Below are positions 24,405 to 32,000 of a stretch of DNA of 32,000 nt, piece by piece; the stretch's first letter is position 1, and every line of letters starts with the position of its first letter. Under the pieces are notes generated by a model. It was given only the letters and a program-made list of their open reading frames with translations, did not search any database and was not told where the DNA came from. Origin of the DNA: Candidatus Omnitrophota bacterium (GTDB lineage Bacteria > Omnitrophota > Gorgyraeia > 2-01-FULL-45-10); the NCBI GenBank assembly GCA_023818895.1, contig JAMWCX010000001.1, forward strand, positions 359,789 through 391,788. The letters run 5' to 3'. Both the position numbers and the translations under genes were made by a program.

Positions 24405-25820
24405 TTATGCGACCACTCTGTTCCTACCCTGCATCTTTGCCCGTTCTATTGAATCCATGGCCTTCTTATAAAGCTCGTCGCTCGTCGCACCGTCTATCGG
24501 ATTCTCGCTCACGCCGACGCTTACGGTAAGACTTGCCTTGCCCTCTTTAAGGACATTGGCCGCTTCTATCTTCTTCCTAACTTCTTCCGCGATGTATGCG
24601 GCCTCACGCTTGTTCTTCTCCGGCAGAAGCATTGCAAACTCATCGCCGCCGATCCTCGCCGCCTTTCCTACGGGGCTGGTGTTATCCTTGATTATCTTGG
24701 CAATACGCTTGAGCGCCTCTTCTGCCGCCAGCTCCCCGCGGCTTTCTCGGAATTTGGTAAAATTATCGATGTTGAACGCTATGAAGGAGCAAGGCCTCTG
24801 GTAGAATATCGCGCGCTTTATCTCCTCCTCAAGCCTGCTTAATATGTACCGCTTGTTGAAAAGGCCGGTAAGATCGTCCCTGGTGATAAGCTCTTCGTTG
24901 CGCTTGTTTAAAATATCGCTCTCTATGGCTATCGTTATATGCTTGGCAAAAACGTTAACGAGCTCGACATCGTCGGTGGTGTATTTGAAATCGCTCAGAC
25001 GGTTTCCCACTATAAGCATGCCAAACACAGATTTATCCGAGTAGATAGGGACCGCCAGAAAATTCTTAAGATTATTGTTTCTTCTGAAATCGTCAAGCTC
25101 TCTTGACAGTTTCTCGCTGCTGTCACATTTCAATATTCTGTGCTCCTCTAGCGCCTTATCGAGGATGCCATGGCCTTCCCTCCTTATCACCACATCTGTC
25201 AGTTTTTCCCTATCGAGATTGTATGATGTCCTGGCGATGAAATCGCCCCCATCCTCCCTCCCCAGGTATAGCACGCCAAAGCCGGTATCAAAAAGGGTGG
25301 CGGCCTTCTCAACGGCCATCTCAAGCAGCGGATCAAGCTGAATGGAACCGGCTGATATGATATCGCCTATCTGCAAGAGACTGGATAGCGTCAGGACCTT
25401 CTTGTGTATCTCAACGTTGATCTCTTTCATGCTCTGGCCGTAACTCTTAAGTTCGTCGAGATTAGATTTTATGCGCTGTGTCATCATGTTTATGGACTGA
25501 CCTAGGGATCCCAGCTCATCGTCACCCGTCAAGGTTATCTTCCTACTGAAGTCGCCATCGGCTATGCGTTTTGCCTCATTTGACAGCTCAACAACAGCGT
25601 TGACCATCCCTTTGGCTAAAATAAGACCGAGAATGGATATGATAACGGCAATGAACACTATGAGATTAAGATCGACATAATTCTGGAAACCTGGAAATAG
25701 ATATGGCGATATGGCATAGACGCATGCCAGAAGCGGTATGACAGCCATTAGGCTGAAGGCGATCATCAGCCTGTATCGCAACCCCTTGTTAATTAGCGAC
25801 ATCTTCTTAAGAATTCCCAT
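24405..25820 (-). CDS. Membrane HAMP-GAF-GGDEF diguanylate cyclase
   Basis: Two TM segments with almost no external loop, a HAMP-like region (AKRIADGDFSRKITLTGDDELGSLGQSINMM), a GAF-like middle region, and an intact GGDEF at 24636-24650 (RIGGDEFAML). There is no RxxD I-site at the expected offset. I trimmed the GTG at 25829 to ATG 25820, which follows a GAGGTGA Shine-Dalgarno. Confidence 0.85.
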   Translation of the reverse strand: MGILKKMSLINKGLRYRLMIAFSLMAVIPLLACVYAISPYLFPGFQNYVDLNLIVFIAVIISILGLILAKGMVNAVVELSNEAKRIADGDFSRKITLTGDDELGSLGQSINMMTQRIKSNLDELKSYGQSMKEINVEIHKKVLTLSSLLQIGDIISAGSIQLDPLLEMAVEKAATLFDTGFGVLYLGREDGGDFIARTSYNLDREKLTDVVIRREGHGILDKALEEHRILKCDSSEKLSRELDDFRRNNNLKNFLAVPIYSDKSVFGMLIVGNRLSDFKYTTDDVELVNVFAKHITIAIESDILNKRNEELITRDDLTGLFNKRYILSRLEEEIKRAIFYQRPCSFIAFNIDNFTKFRESRGELAAEEALKRIAKIIKDNTSPVGKAARIGGDEFAMLLPEKNKREAAYIAEEVRKKIEAANVLKEGKASLTVSVGVSENPIDGATSDELYKKAMDSIERAKMQGRNRVVA

Positions 25821-25872
25821 GCTCGTCACCTCATATCACTAAATAATATTATAAGTATATTTATTTGGTGAA

Positions 25873-25901
25873 AGTATACTATATGGATCATGATTTGTCA
25901 A
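25873..25901 (-). promoter_or_regulatory. Candidate sigma70-type promoter for the cyclase / pilT / pilB unit
   Basis: On the minus strand, TTGACA (25901-25896), a 17-nt spacer, then TATACT (25878-25873). These are the same hexamers and spacing as the pilin promoter. It starts 2 nt after the radical SAM stop. Confidence 0.4.
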
Positions 25902-25902
25902 A

Positions 25903-27609
25903 TTACCCTAAGCGAATAAATTCCCACGGCAGAATCTCATCTTTAGGCCTCGGCCTTGTCGCATAGAAATCCTGGTCCATTCCTAACGTTTGGAACGCTC
26001 TCGCCCAGACATCAGGCAAGAATCTCTCTTGCCAGGCGTCAAATCTCGCGCCGCCTTTCCAGGCAGCTTCTATCACACGCCCGAGCCGCCTATCTCCTCT
26101 CGAGAGCGTGGCCTCAAGATAACTCATTCCGAAATCATGAAAATCCAGATTTATTAGCCTTGAAAATATGCGTTTGCGTAAAATAGCTTTTTTGTGCTCC
26201 AATTCCTTCACCGAAGCCATAGCCTCTCGCTGAAATACCGTATGCGGCTTGGGGACAAACGCGTTAACGCTGACCGCGACTTGCGCAGGCCTGCCATCCA
26301 GACCTTTCTTCAAATCGGAGACAGAGTTTACCATATCCGCTATCTTCGCGACATCCTCATCGGTCTCGCCAGGCAACCCTATCATAAAGTAAAGCTTAAC
26401 CCTCTTCCACCCTCTCCTGAAAGATTCCGCGACGGCATCGAATAGCCTGCTCATATCAACCGCTTTACCCAGAATCTTCCTCAAGGAGTCGCTCCCAGCT
26501 TCCGGCGCGAACGTAAGACCGGATTTCTTCACCTTTGAAATGAGAAGCGGAATATCCTTTGTCATCTGCTCTATCCGAAGGGAAGGCACGGATATCGATA
26601 CCGCTTTGGCGCAGAACTCCTGATTAAGATCGTCGATCACCTTTCTGATCGCCGAATAATCAACGCTCGAAAGCGAAAGAAGCGATACTTCATCGTAACC
26701 GGTAGCCGCGTAGGCGGCCCTGGCAAGCTCAAGCACTTTTTCGCTTGAGCGCTCGCGGCAAGGTCTGTATATGGATGCGGCCTGACAGAATTTGCAGGCG
26801 TGCTTGCATCCTCGCATGACCTCGATCGCTATCCTGTCGTGGATAATTCCTATGTTAGGAACTATCTGCTTTATCGGATAATACGTGCTGTCCAGATCTT
26901 TTAAGGTCCTCTTGCTTATCTTTGCTGGAATGTCGTCTTCCGAAGGCGCAAAGCGCTTGATTGTGCCATCGCTATTGTATTCAACGCTGTACAGCGAAGG
27001 AACATAGACGCCGGGAATCTTCGCCAGTGCGCGCAGAAGCGCGATCCGTGACTTACGTGCCGCGGCTCGTGATTTCTTATATAAATCAATTATCTCCTCT
27101 ACAACCTCCTCTCCATCTCCCACGACAAACGCGTCTATAAATTCCGCCATCGGCTCAGGGTTAAAACACGAAGGCCCGCCCGCTATCACAAGCACGTCAT
27201 CCTCGCCTCTTTCTTTAGATTTTAATGGGATGCCGCCAAGCTCAAGCATGGTGAGAACGTTCGTATAGGTAAGCTCGTGGGCGAGACTGAAGCCTAATAT
27301 ATCAAAATCCCTCAGGCTCTTTCGCGACTCTATACTGAAAAGACGCGAGTCGTTCTTACGGAGCAAGTCTTCAAAATCAGGCCATGGCGCAAAAACCCTT
27401 TCGCATAGACAATCGTTTCGCTCGTTAAGAATTCCATACAGTATCTTCATACCGAGATGGCTCATTCCGACCTCGTAGACATCCGGAAAAGCTAAGCATA
27501 CCTTTACCGTATCACCGGCCCAGTTCTTCCTTACGGCGTTCCACTCCCCGCCGATATATCTTCCCGGCTTTTGCACCGACAATAGGAGATCTTTAAGCTT
27601 CGATTCCAT
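25903..27609 (-). CDS. TIGR03960-family B12-binding-domain radical SAM protein
   Basis: N-terminus LLSVQKPGRYIGGEWN is typical of this family, and the CxxxCxxC cluster motif is present in MRGCKHACKFCQA. 568 aa. Confidence 0.8.
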   Translation of the reverse strand: MESKLKDLLLSVQKPGRYIGGEWNAVRKNWAGDTVKVCLAFPDVYEVGMSHLGMKILYGILNERNDCLCERVFAPWPDFEDLLRKNDSRLFSIESRKSLRDFDILGFSLAHELTYTNVLTMLELGGIPLKSKERGEDDVLVIAGGPSCFNPEPMAEFIDAFVVGDGEEVVEEIIDLYKKSRAAARKSRIALLRALAKIPGVYVPSLYSVEYNSDGTIKRFAPSEDDIPAKISKRTLKDLDSTYYPIKQIVPNIGIIHDRIAIEVMRGCKHACKFCQAASIYRPCRERSSEKVLELARAAYAATGYDEVSLLSLSSVDYSAIRKVIDDLNQEFCAKAVSISVPSLRIEQMTKDIPLLISKVKKSGLTFAPEAGSDSLRKILGKAVDMSRLFDAVAESFRRGWKRVKLYFMIGLPGETDEDVAKIADMVNSVSDLKKGLDGRPAQVAVSVNAFVPKPHTVFQREAMASVKELEHKKAILRKRIFSRLINLDFHDFGMSYLEATLSRGDRRLGRVIEAAWKGGARFDAWQERFLPDVWARAFQTLGMDQDFYATRPRPKDEILPWEFIRLG

Positions 27610-27615
27610 ATTTAA

Positions 27616-29178
27616 TCATTCACGATAAGGCCCGAGGAGCTCAAATAGCTTTGGATTGACTTTATATCCGTACTTGAGCGCAAGGTCGCACTCCTCGATC
27701 GCCCGCTTGTATTCTCCCTTCATGTAAAGGGCGACGGCGAGATTATTATGGGCAGTTGCATTATTCGGTTCCAGCGCGATGGCCTTCTCGCACGCAGCGA
27801 TAGCATAGTCCGTCTGTCCAGTCACTACGTATACGGCGCCAAGATTAACATAGACGTCCGGCTGGCGAGGGTCAATTTTTATTAGTTCTCGGTATATCTC
27901 AATGGCATCCTGGTGCTTTCCCATCTTTTCATAAGCGATCGCAAGGTCATTGTTGGCTCTTATACTTTCCGGCGAGAACATAAGGGTCCTCTCGTAGAAT
28001 TCTACAGGGTCCTTCCAGTAGCTGTTCTGCATTATGGTGAGATATAAGCAGCAGGCGACAACCGAGACAAAGGCAACTACTCCGATCGCTTTCAAATATC
28101 GGTATGAGCATATCTTACGAAAAGCCCATGCGACCAGGAGAAAGAAACCTATCGACGGAAGATAAAGCCAATGCTCTGCCATATATGCCCCTATAGGATA
28201 AACGTTAGAAACCGGTACGAGGGCTGCGGCAAAAAACAACACTGAAAACGACAAAAGCCCTTTTTCCAAACGGCGGCCTGTTATGGCAAAGATAATGCCT
28301 CCGAAAAAGATCGCGGCCCCCGCTACGGCGGCAGGCTCAGACATTTTAAAAATCTTGTTACCGTATTCCATGTGAAGGTTTAATGGAGCAACGAGTAGTT
28401 TCATATACCGAGTTACAGCCACGAAGAATCTGGGGAGACGATCGAGGACCGTTGTGGCGGGCTTCACATTGAATTCAGGCAAAAGATGGATTAAAACTTG
28501 CGTCCTTAAAAATATATACGCGGCTGTCATGATGAGAAGCGGCAGAAAAACAGAAAGTCTTGCTTTCCGGCGAAAGACATAATGATACACCAGTATCAAA
28601 ACTGGAAAGATAAGGCTGTTCTCCCGCGAAAGAAGGGCCGCCATATACGATAAAAATATCGCGGCATAAAAAAATAAACCGCCCTGGCTGAGAAAGCTCA
28701 CGTAACACACGAAAGATACAAGGACGAACAGCGTAGCAAGCGGGTCTGCCCTGCCGGAGATATAGGAGACGGCCTCGGTGTGTATAGGGTGGACGATAAA
28801 TATAGCGGCGCATGCCAATGCAAGAAGTTTGTCCCTATACAAGTTTCCGACAAACCAGTATAGCGCGAAAGCAACGAGCACATGAAGAATAATGTTGGTG
28901 AGGTGATAGCCCTTGGGGTTGAGGCCCCATCTCGAATAATCAATCATATAGGTTATAATCTGTATAGGCCTGAAGAAATGAAAAGTCTTGCCTGTCGGAG
29001 TGACTATATTGTCGGAGACAAATATCGAGGGTATATTCGAGAAGTTCTTTATGACAGCGTTATCGGCGATGAGCGTGTTATCATCCCATATAAAGGAGCC
29101 GTCAATCGAGTTTGCGTAAGCAAGAACGCCGAGCGCAACCAGAGCCGCGAAAGGGGCGATCTTTTCAAGAAGCCTCAC
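27616..29178 (-). CDS. Polytopic GT-C-like (PMT/TMTC-type) membrane protein with C-terminal TPR repeats
   Basis: About 10 predicted TM helices, an early FIWDDNTLI motif, and C-terminal TPR repeats (AIAYEKMGKHQDAIEIYRELIKIDP; GAVYVVTGQTDYAIAACEKAIALEP; AVALYMKGEYKRAIEECDLALKY). The apparent GTG start overlaps the SpoIID stop as GTGA. Confidence 0.6.
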   Translation of the reverse strand: MRLLEKIAPFAALVALGVLAYANSIDGSFIWDDNTLIADNAVIKNFSNIPSIFVSDNIVTPTGKTFHFFRPIQIITYMIDYSRWGLNPKGYHLTNIILHVLVAFALYWFVGNLYRDKLLALACAAIFIVHPIHTEAVSYISGRADPLATLFVLVSFVCYVSFLSQGGLFFYAAIFLSYMAALLSRENSLIFPVLILVYHYVFRRKARLSVFLPLLIMTAAYIFLRTQVLIHLLPEFNVKPATTVLDRLPRFFVAVTRYMKLLVAPLNLHMEYGNKIFKMSEPAAVAGAAIFFGGIIFAITGRRLEKGLLSFSVLFFAAALVPVSNVYPIGAYMAEHWLYLPSIGFFLLVAWAFRKICSYRYLKAIGVVAFVSVVACCLYLTIMQNSYWKDPVEFYERTLMFSPESIRANNDLAIAYEKMGKHQDAIEIYRELIKIDPRQPDVYVNLGAVYVVTGQTDYAIAACEKAIALEPNNATAHNNLAVALYMKGEYKRAIEECDLALKYGYKVNPKLFELLGPYRE

Positions 29179-30344
29179 AGCTTACCCTGAATCTTTTCTA
29201 CGGAGACTATCTCCGCTCCCGGATAATACCGCCTGAGTATCTCATCCGCCTTAATGCCTTTTTTCGCCATTCCGTAAGATCCCCACTGGCACATCCCAAC
29301 ACCATGACCCCACCCACGGCCGGTCAGAATAAGCTCCCCCCATTTAATGGAGACATCAAAGTTCGTGCTCCTAAGTTCGTTTGGCCCTAACAGCTGCCTG
29401 AAGTCCTTGCCGGTCAGCACTACTGACACGCCGGCATTATCCTTTATGCTGAGTTTATCGACCCTGCCCGACTCATTTCTGGAAAGAACGGCAACCGTCT
29501 CTATCTTGCCCATCTTGTAACCGGCTGAGGCAAGCTTTTCTTCGAGCTTCCACAACGGCATATTCTTGGTCCAGCTATAGTGCGGAGACTCAACACAAAA
29601 CCCGCATTCAACACCATCGAGAGGAGGGATATTGACTTTCCATAGATTAGACGCGTCTTCGGTGCGCCCCGCGCATGTCGCATGATAATAAGCCGGCAAA
29701 AGCTCCCCTTTATAAACCAGCACCAGCCCTTTGGTAGAGTTCACGGCCATAGTCGTCGACCATTTCTCCGAACCGCTGCCACCATATACCTGAGAATAAA
29801 TATCGCTTCTTAGGTCGTAAAGCTGAAGCCTGTTCTGTTTCGCCTGATACAAGGCAAAAGTTCTTGCGGCTATGGCCTGAGCTTTCAAGACCTCCATCGG
29901 CCAGCGGTGCGAAACTTCGTGATAAAGCACTCCGTATAGATAATCATCCAGCGCGATGTAATTTATTATCATCAGCCTGCCATTATCTTTCCTCAGGATG
30001 TCTATATCCCCCCTGAATCGCTTCCCACCCACATATATCTTGGAATTTTTACCGACCTTCACCCTTATGCCACCTATGTTCAGCTGCCGGGCGCCTACCC
30101 TCAAGCCGTCTTTCGTCGCGACAACTTTTGCCGTAAGGCACGGCCCTTCCATCAACACCCTGCTGGAATTCGTAGCGTATATCTTATAATCGCTCTTTAG
30201 CGATATGAAAGTCTCCGGTTTGTCGTCCGCTATACATACCCTGACGATCATCGCATCGTCAGTAAGAGGAGCGGCTAGGAAAACTGCCCAGGGCCATAGA
30301 ATAGCCGGCAATATAATAAAAATAAACCGAATGGTCTTTTTCAT
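29175..30344 (-). CDS. SpoIID/LytB domain protein (peptidoglycan-remodelling)
   Basis: Signal peptide followed by the SpoIID core (YLYGVLYHEVSHRWPMEVLKAQAIAARTFAL...YHATCAGRTE...GHGVGMCQWG). Confidence 0.8.
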   Translation of the reverse strand: MKKTIRFIFIILPAILWPWAVFLAAPLTDDAMIVRVCIADDKPETFISLKSDYKIYATNSSRVLMEGPCLTAKVVATKDGLRVGARQLNIGGIRVKVGKNSKIYVGGKRFRGDIDILRKDNGRLMIINYIALDDYLYGVLYHEVSHRWPMEVLKAQAIAARTFALYQAKQNRLQLYDLRSDIYSQVYGGSGSEKWSTTMAVNSTKGLVLVYKGELLPAYYHATCAGRTEDASNLWKVNIPPLDGVECGFCVESPHYSWTKNMPLWKLEEKLASAGYKMGKIETVAVLSRNESGRVDKLSIKDNAGVSVVLTGKDFRQLLGPNELRSTNFDVSIKWGELILTGRGWGHGVGMCQWGSYGMAKKGIKADEILRRYYPGAEIVSVEKIQGKL

Positions 30345-30556
30345 TTACGTCTCAATAAAAACAAGGCCAAGGAAATGATTAACGACAGTAATATGGAGGT
30401 CGTTAGCGGGAAATAAAATGTCACGCCTTTTTTCTGGATATAGATATCCCCGGGAAGTCGGCCTAACCACGGCACTTTTGAGCCAAATGTCAAAATAAGG
30501 CCGAAGATTATTAGCGCGGCTCCGGAAATTATAAGGATCTTTCCTAAAAAACTCAT
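30341..30556 (-). CDS. DUF2905 small membrane protein
   Basis: LGRLPGDIYIQKKGVTFYFPLTTSILLS is the DUF2905 signature, with two TM segments. I trimmed the GTG to ATG 30556. Confidence 0.7.
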   Translation of the reverse strand: MSFLGKILIISGAALIIFGLILTFGSKVPWLGRLPGDIYIQKKGVTFYFPLTTSILLSLIISLALFLLRRK

Positions 30557-30570
30557 CACGGACTTTCCTT

Positions 30571-31164
30571 TTATCTGGCCAGGCCGCTACCAGCGCGACT
30601 CTGCGAATCTTTGGATTTCGATTTTTGTTTTTTTTCTATTCTTTCTTTTTCCGAAAAAACGCATCCGCAATAATTCTGGCAGTATATACCTTTCGATCTG
30701 GCTGTATCATGAGATGCTTTGAACCCAGATCTGAAATCCTTATAATAAAACTTCACGCCGATCTTTTTCGCGATATCCTCACATAAGTTTTTTATCGTCT
30801 CCTGGTCCTGATAGGGGCTTCCAAGAAGCGTGGTGGTGAAAGCGTCGAAGCCGTTATCCTTGGCAAATTTCGCCGATCGCGCAATCCTCAGCCACCAGCA
30901 TACAGGGCAACGGTTTGCTATCGCCTCGTTGTATACTATATGCTGGAAATATCCCTCTATATCATAGTCGCCAACCACAACGTTAAGGGACATCTCCTGC
31001 CCATATTTCTGGACAGATTCCTTTCTTTTGAGGTATTCGGAGTAGGGATGGATATTCGGATTGTAGAAAAAACCTCCTACCTTATGCCCCTCTCTGCGCA
31101 GTTCTTCAATCGGGTAGATGGCACATGGCGCACAACATATATGCAGAAGTATATTCACCGTCAT
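30571..31164 (-). CDS. queH: Epoxyqueuosine reductase QueH (DUF208)
   Basis: LLHICCAPCAIYPIEELRREGHKVGGFFYNPNIHPYSEYLKR, plus downstream Cys residues (NRCPVCWWLR and YCQNYCGC). Confidence 0.85.
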   Translation of the reverse strand: MTVNILLHICCAPCAIYPIEELRREGHKVGGFFYNPNIHPYSEYLKRKESVQKYGQEMSLNVVVGDYDIEGYFQHIVYNEAIANRCPVCWWLRIARSAKFAKDNGFDAFTTTLLGSPYQDQETIKNLCEDIAKKIGVKFYYKDFRSGFKASHDTARSKGIYCQNYCGCVFSEKERIEKKQKSKSKDSQSRAGSGLAR

Positions 31165-31237
31165 CTCGCCTACCGCACAGAGTTCGCGATACAGCGCTGA
31201 TTTTCAGAAACGCCGTAATATGCGTGCCCTGCGCGAA

Positions 31238-32000
31238 TCAAAAAAGCTCCTTTTGCGCCTCTTTCGTAACCTTGCCGAATCCCATATGTTCGCAGGCTTG
31301 TTTGGTCAGTTCGCGGCCGCGCGGCGTCCTTTTAAGAAAACCGATCTTGAGAAGAAAAGGCTCGACTATATCCACGATGGTGTCAGGCTCCTCGTTCAGC
31401 GTGGCCGCTATAGACTCTATCCCGACCGGGCCGCCGCCGAAGGATTCATATATGACTTGCAGCACCTTCCTGTCCATATTATCGAGGCCCTTAGAATCTA
31501 TCCTGTGACTCTTAAGGGCTTCCTCTGTGGCGGCGAGGTTTATTAGGCCATCTCTTTTAACCTGCGCCCAATCCCTAACCCGCCGTAGCAGCCTGTTCGC
31601 CACGCGCGGAGACCCCCTCGATCTTCTCGATATCTCTTCGGCCGCCTCTCTGTCTATAGGAATATTTAGTATCTTGGCTGAACGGTTTATTATTCTCACT
31701 AGGTCGTCCATATCGTAAAACTCGAGATGGTAAAATAATCCGAACCTGGACCTCATCGGGGCGGTAAGAAGGCCCGCCCGAGTCGTTGCGCCGATCAGAG
31801 TGAAAGGTTTCAGTTTAAACTTATATGTCTTCGCATATGGCCCCTTATCCATAATAACGTCTATCTCGTAATTTTCCATCGCCGGATATATGTATTCCTC
31901 CACAGTCCTCGAAAGCCTGTGAATCTCATCTATGAAGAGTACGTCACCCCGCTCAAGATTGGTTAATATCCCCACGAGATCTCCCGGCCTGCATATCGCT
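31238..32000 (-). CDS. ruvB: Holliday junction helicase RuvB, C-terminal two thirds (5' end off the window)
   Basis: GDVLFIDEIHRL (Walker B / sensor region), TLIGATTRAGLLTAPMRSRFG, and a C-terminal winged-helix region. The frame stays open upstream of the track GTG (..AICRPGDLVGILTNLE), so the gene continues past 32000. Confidence 0.9.
   Translation of the reverse strand, partial: AICRPGDLVGILTNLERGDVLFIDEIHRLSRTVEEYIYPAMENYEIDVIMDKGPYAKTYKFKLKPFTLIGATTRAGLLTAPMRSRFGLFYHLEFYDMDDLVRIINRSAKILNIPIDREAAEEISRRSRGSPRVANRLLRRVRDWAQVKRDGLINLAATEEALKSHRIDSKGLDNMDRKVLQVIYESFGGGPVGIESIAATLNEEPDTIVDIVEPFLLKIGFLKRTPRGRELTKQACEHMGFGKVTKEAQKELF

Noticed and set aside
10332-25829. The pilus/cyclase block as a mobile genomic island.
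   Set aside because: There is no integrase, transposase, flanking direct or inverted repeat, or obvious compositional shift visible by eye. The synteny break is reported as a finding, but mobility is not supported.

Overview
Every feature I can support lies on the minus strand: about 31 CDS and one tRNA. The gene content suggests an uncultivated anaerobic bacterium, since it carries acetyl-CoA-pathway CoFeSP genes; I cannot place the lineage from sequence alone.

Gene order in transcription direction (high to low coordinates):
- ruvB (5' end outside the window), queH, DUF2905, SpoIID/LytB, a GT-C-like membrane protein with TPR repeats, and a TIGR03960 radical SAM gene.
- A 15.5 kb type IV pilus block: HAMP-GAF-GGDEF cyclase, pilT, an orphan T2SSE_N/MshEN-like domain gene, two tandem pilB paralogues, pilC, a short major pilin with its own promoter and terminator, two minor pilins, a large PilX/GspK-like protein, pilM, pilN, pilO, a pilP-like gene and the secretin.
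- A short DUF2344 (TIGR03936-like) gene, RNase G, and tRNA-Gly(UCC).
- A MoxR, DUF58, BatD-like, BatA, BatB, BatC-like operon, then acsC and the start of a RACo-like 2Fe-2S protein.

No transposase, integrase, CRISPR array or rRNA is visible.

The observations most worth follow-up:
1. A possible c-di-GMP-wired pilus motor module with three copies of the MshEN-like domain, one of them free-standing.
2. The pilus block sits between radical SAM, DUF2344 and RNase G genes that I recall as usually adjacent.
3. A canonical EF-hand loop in the putative pilus-tip protein.
4. A 58-bp exact duplication of the tRNA-Gly 3' end plus its trailer, with an inverted T-arm copy.
5. A roughly 200-nt structured leader on the pilin gene.

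All product calls rest on my own recognition of protein motifs. No database search was run.
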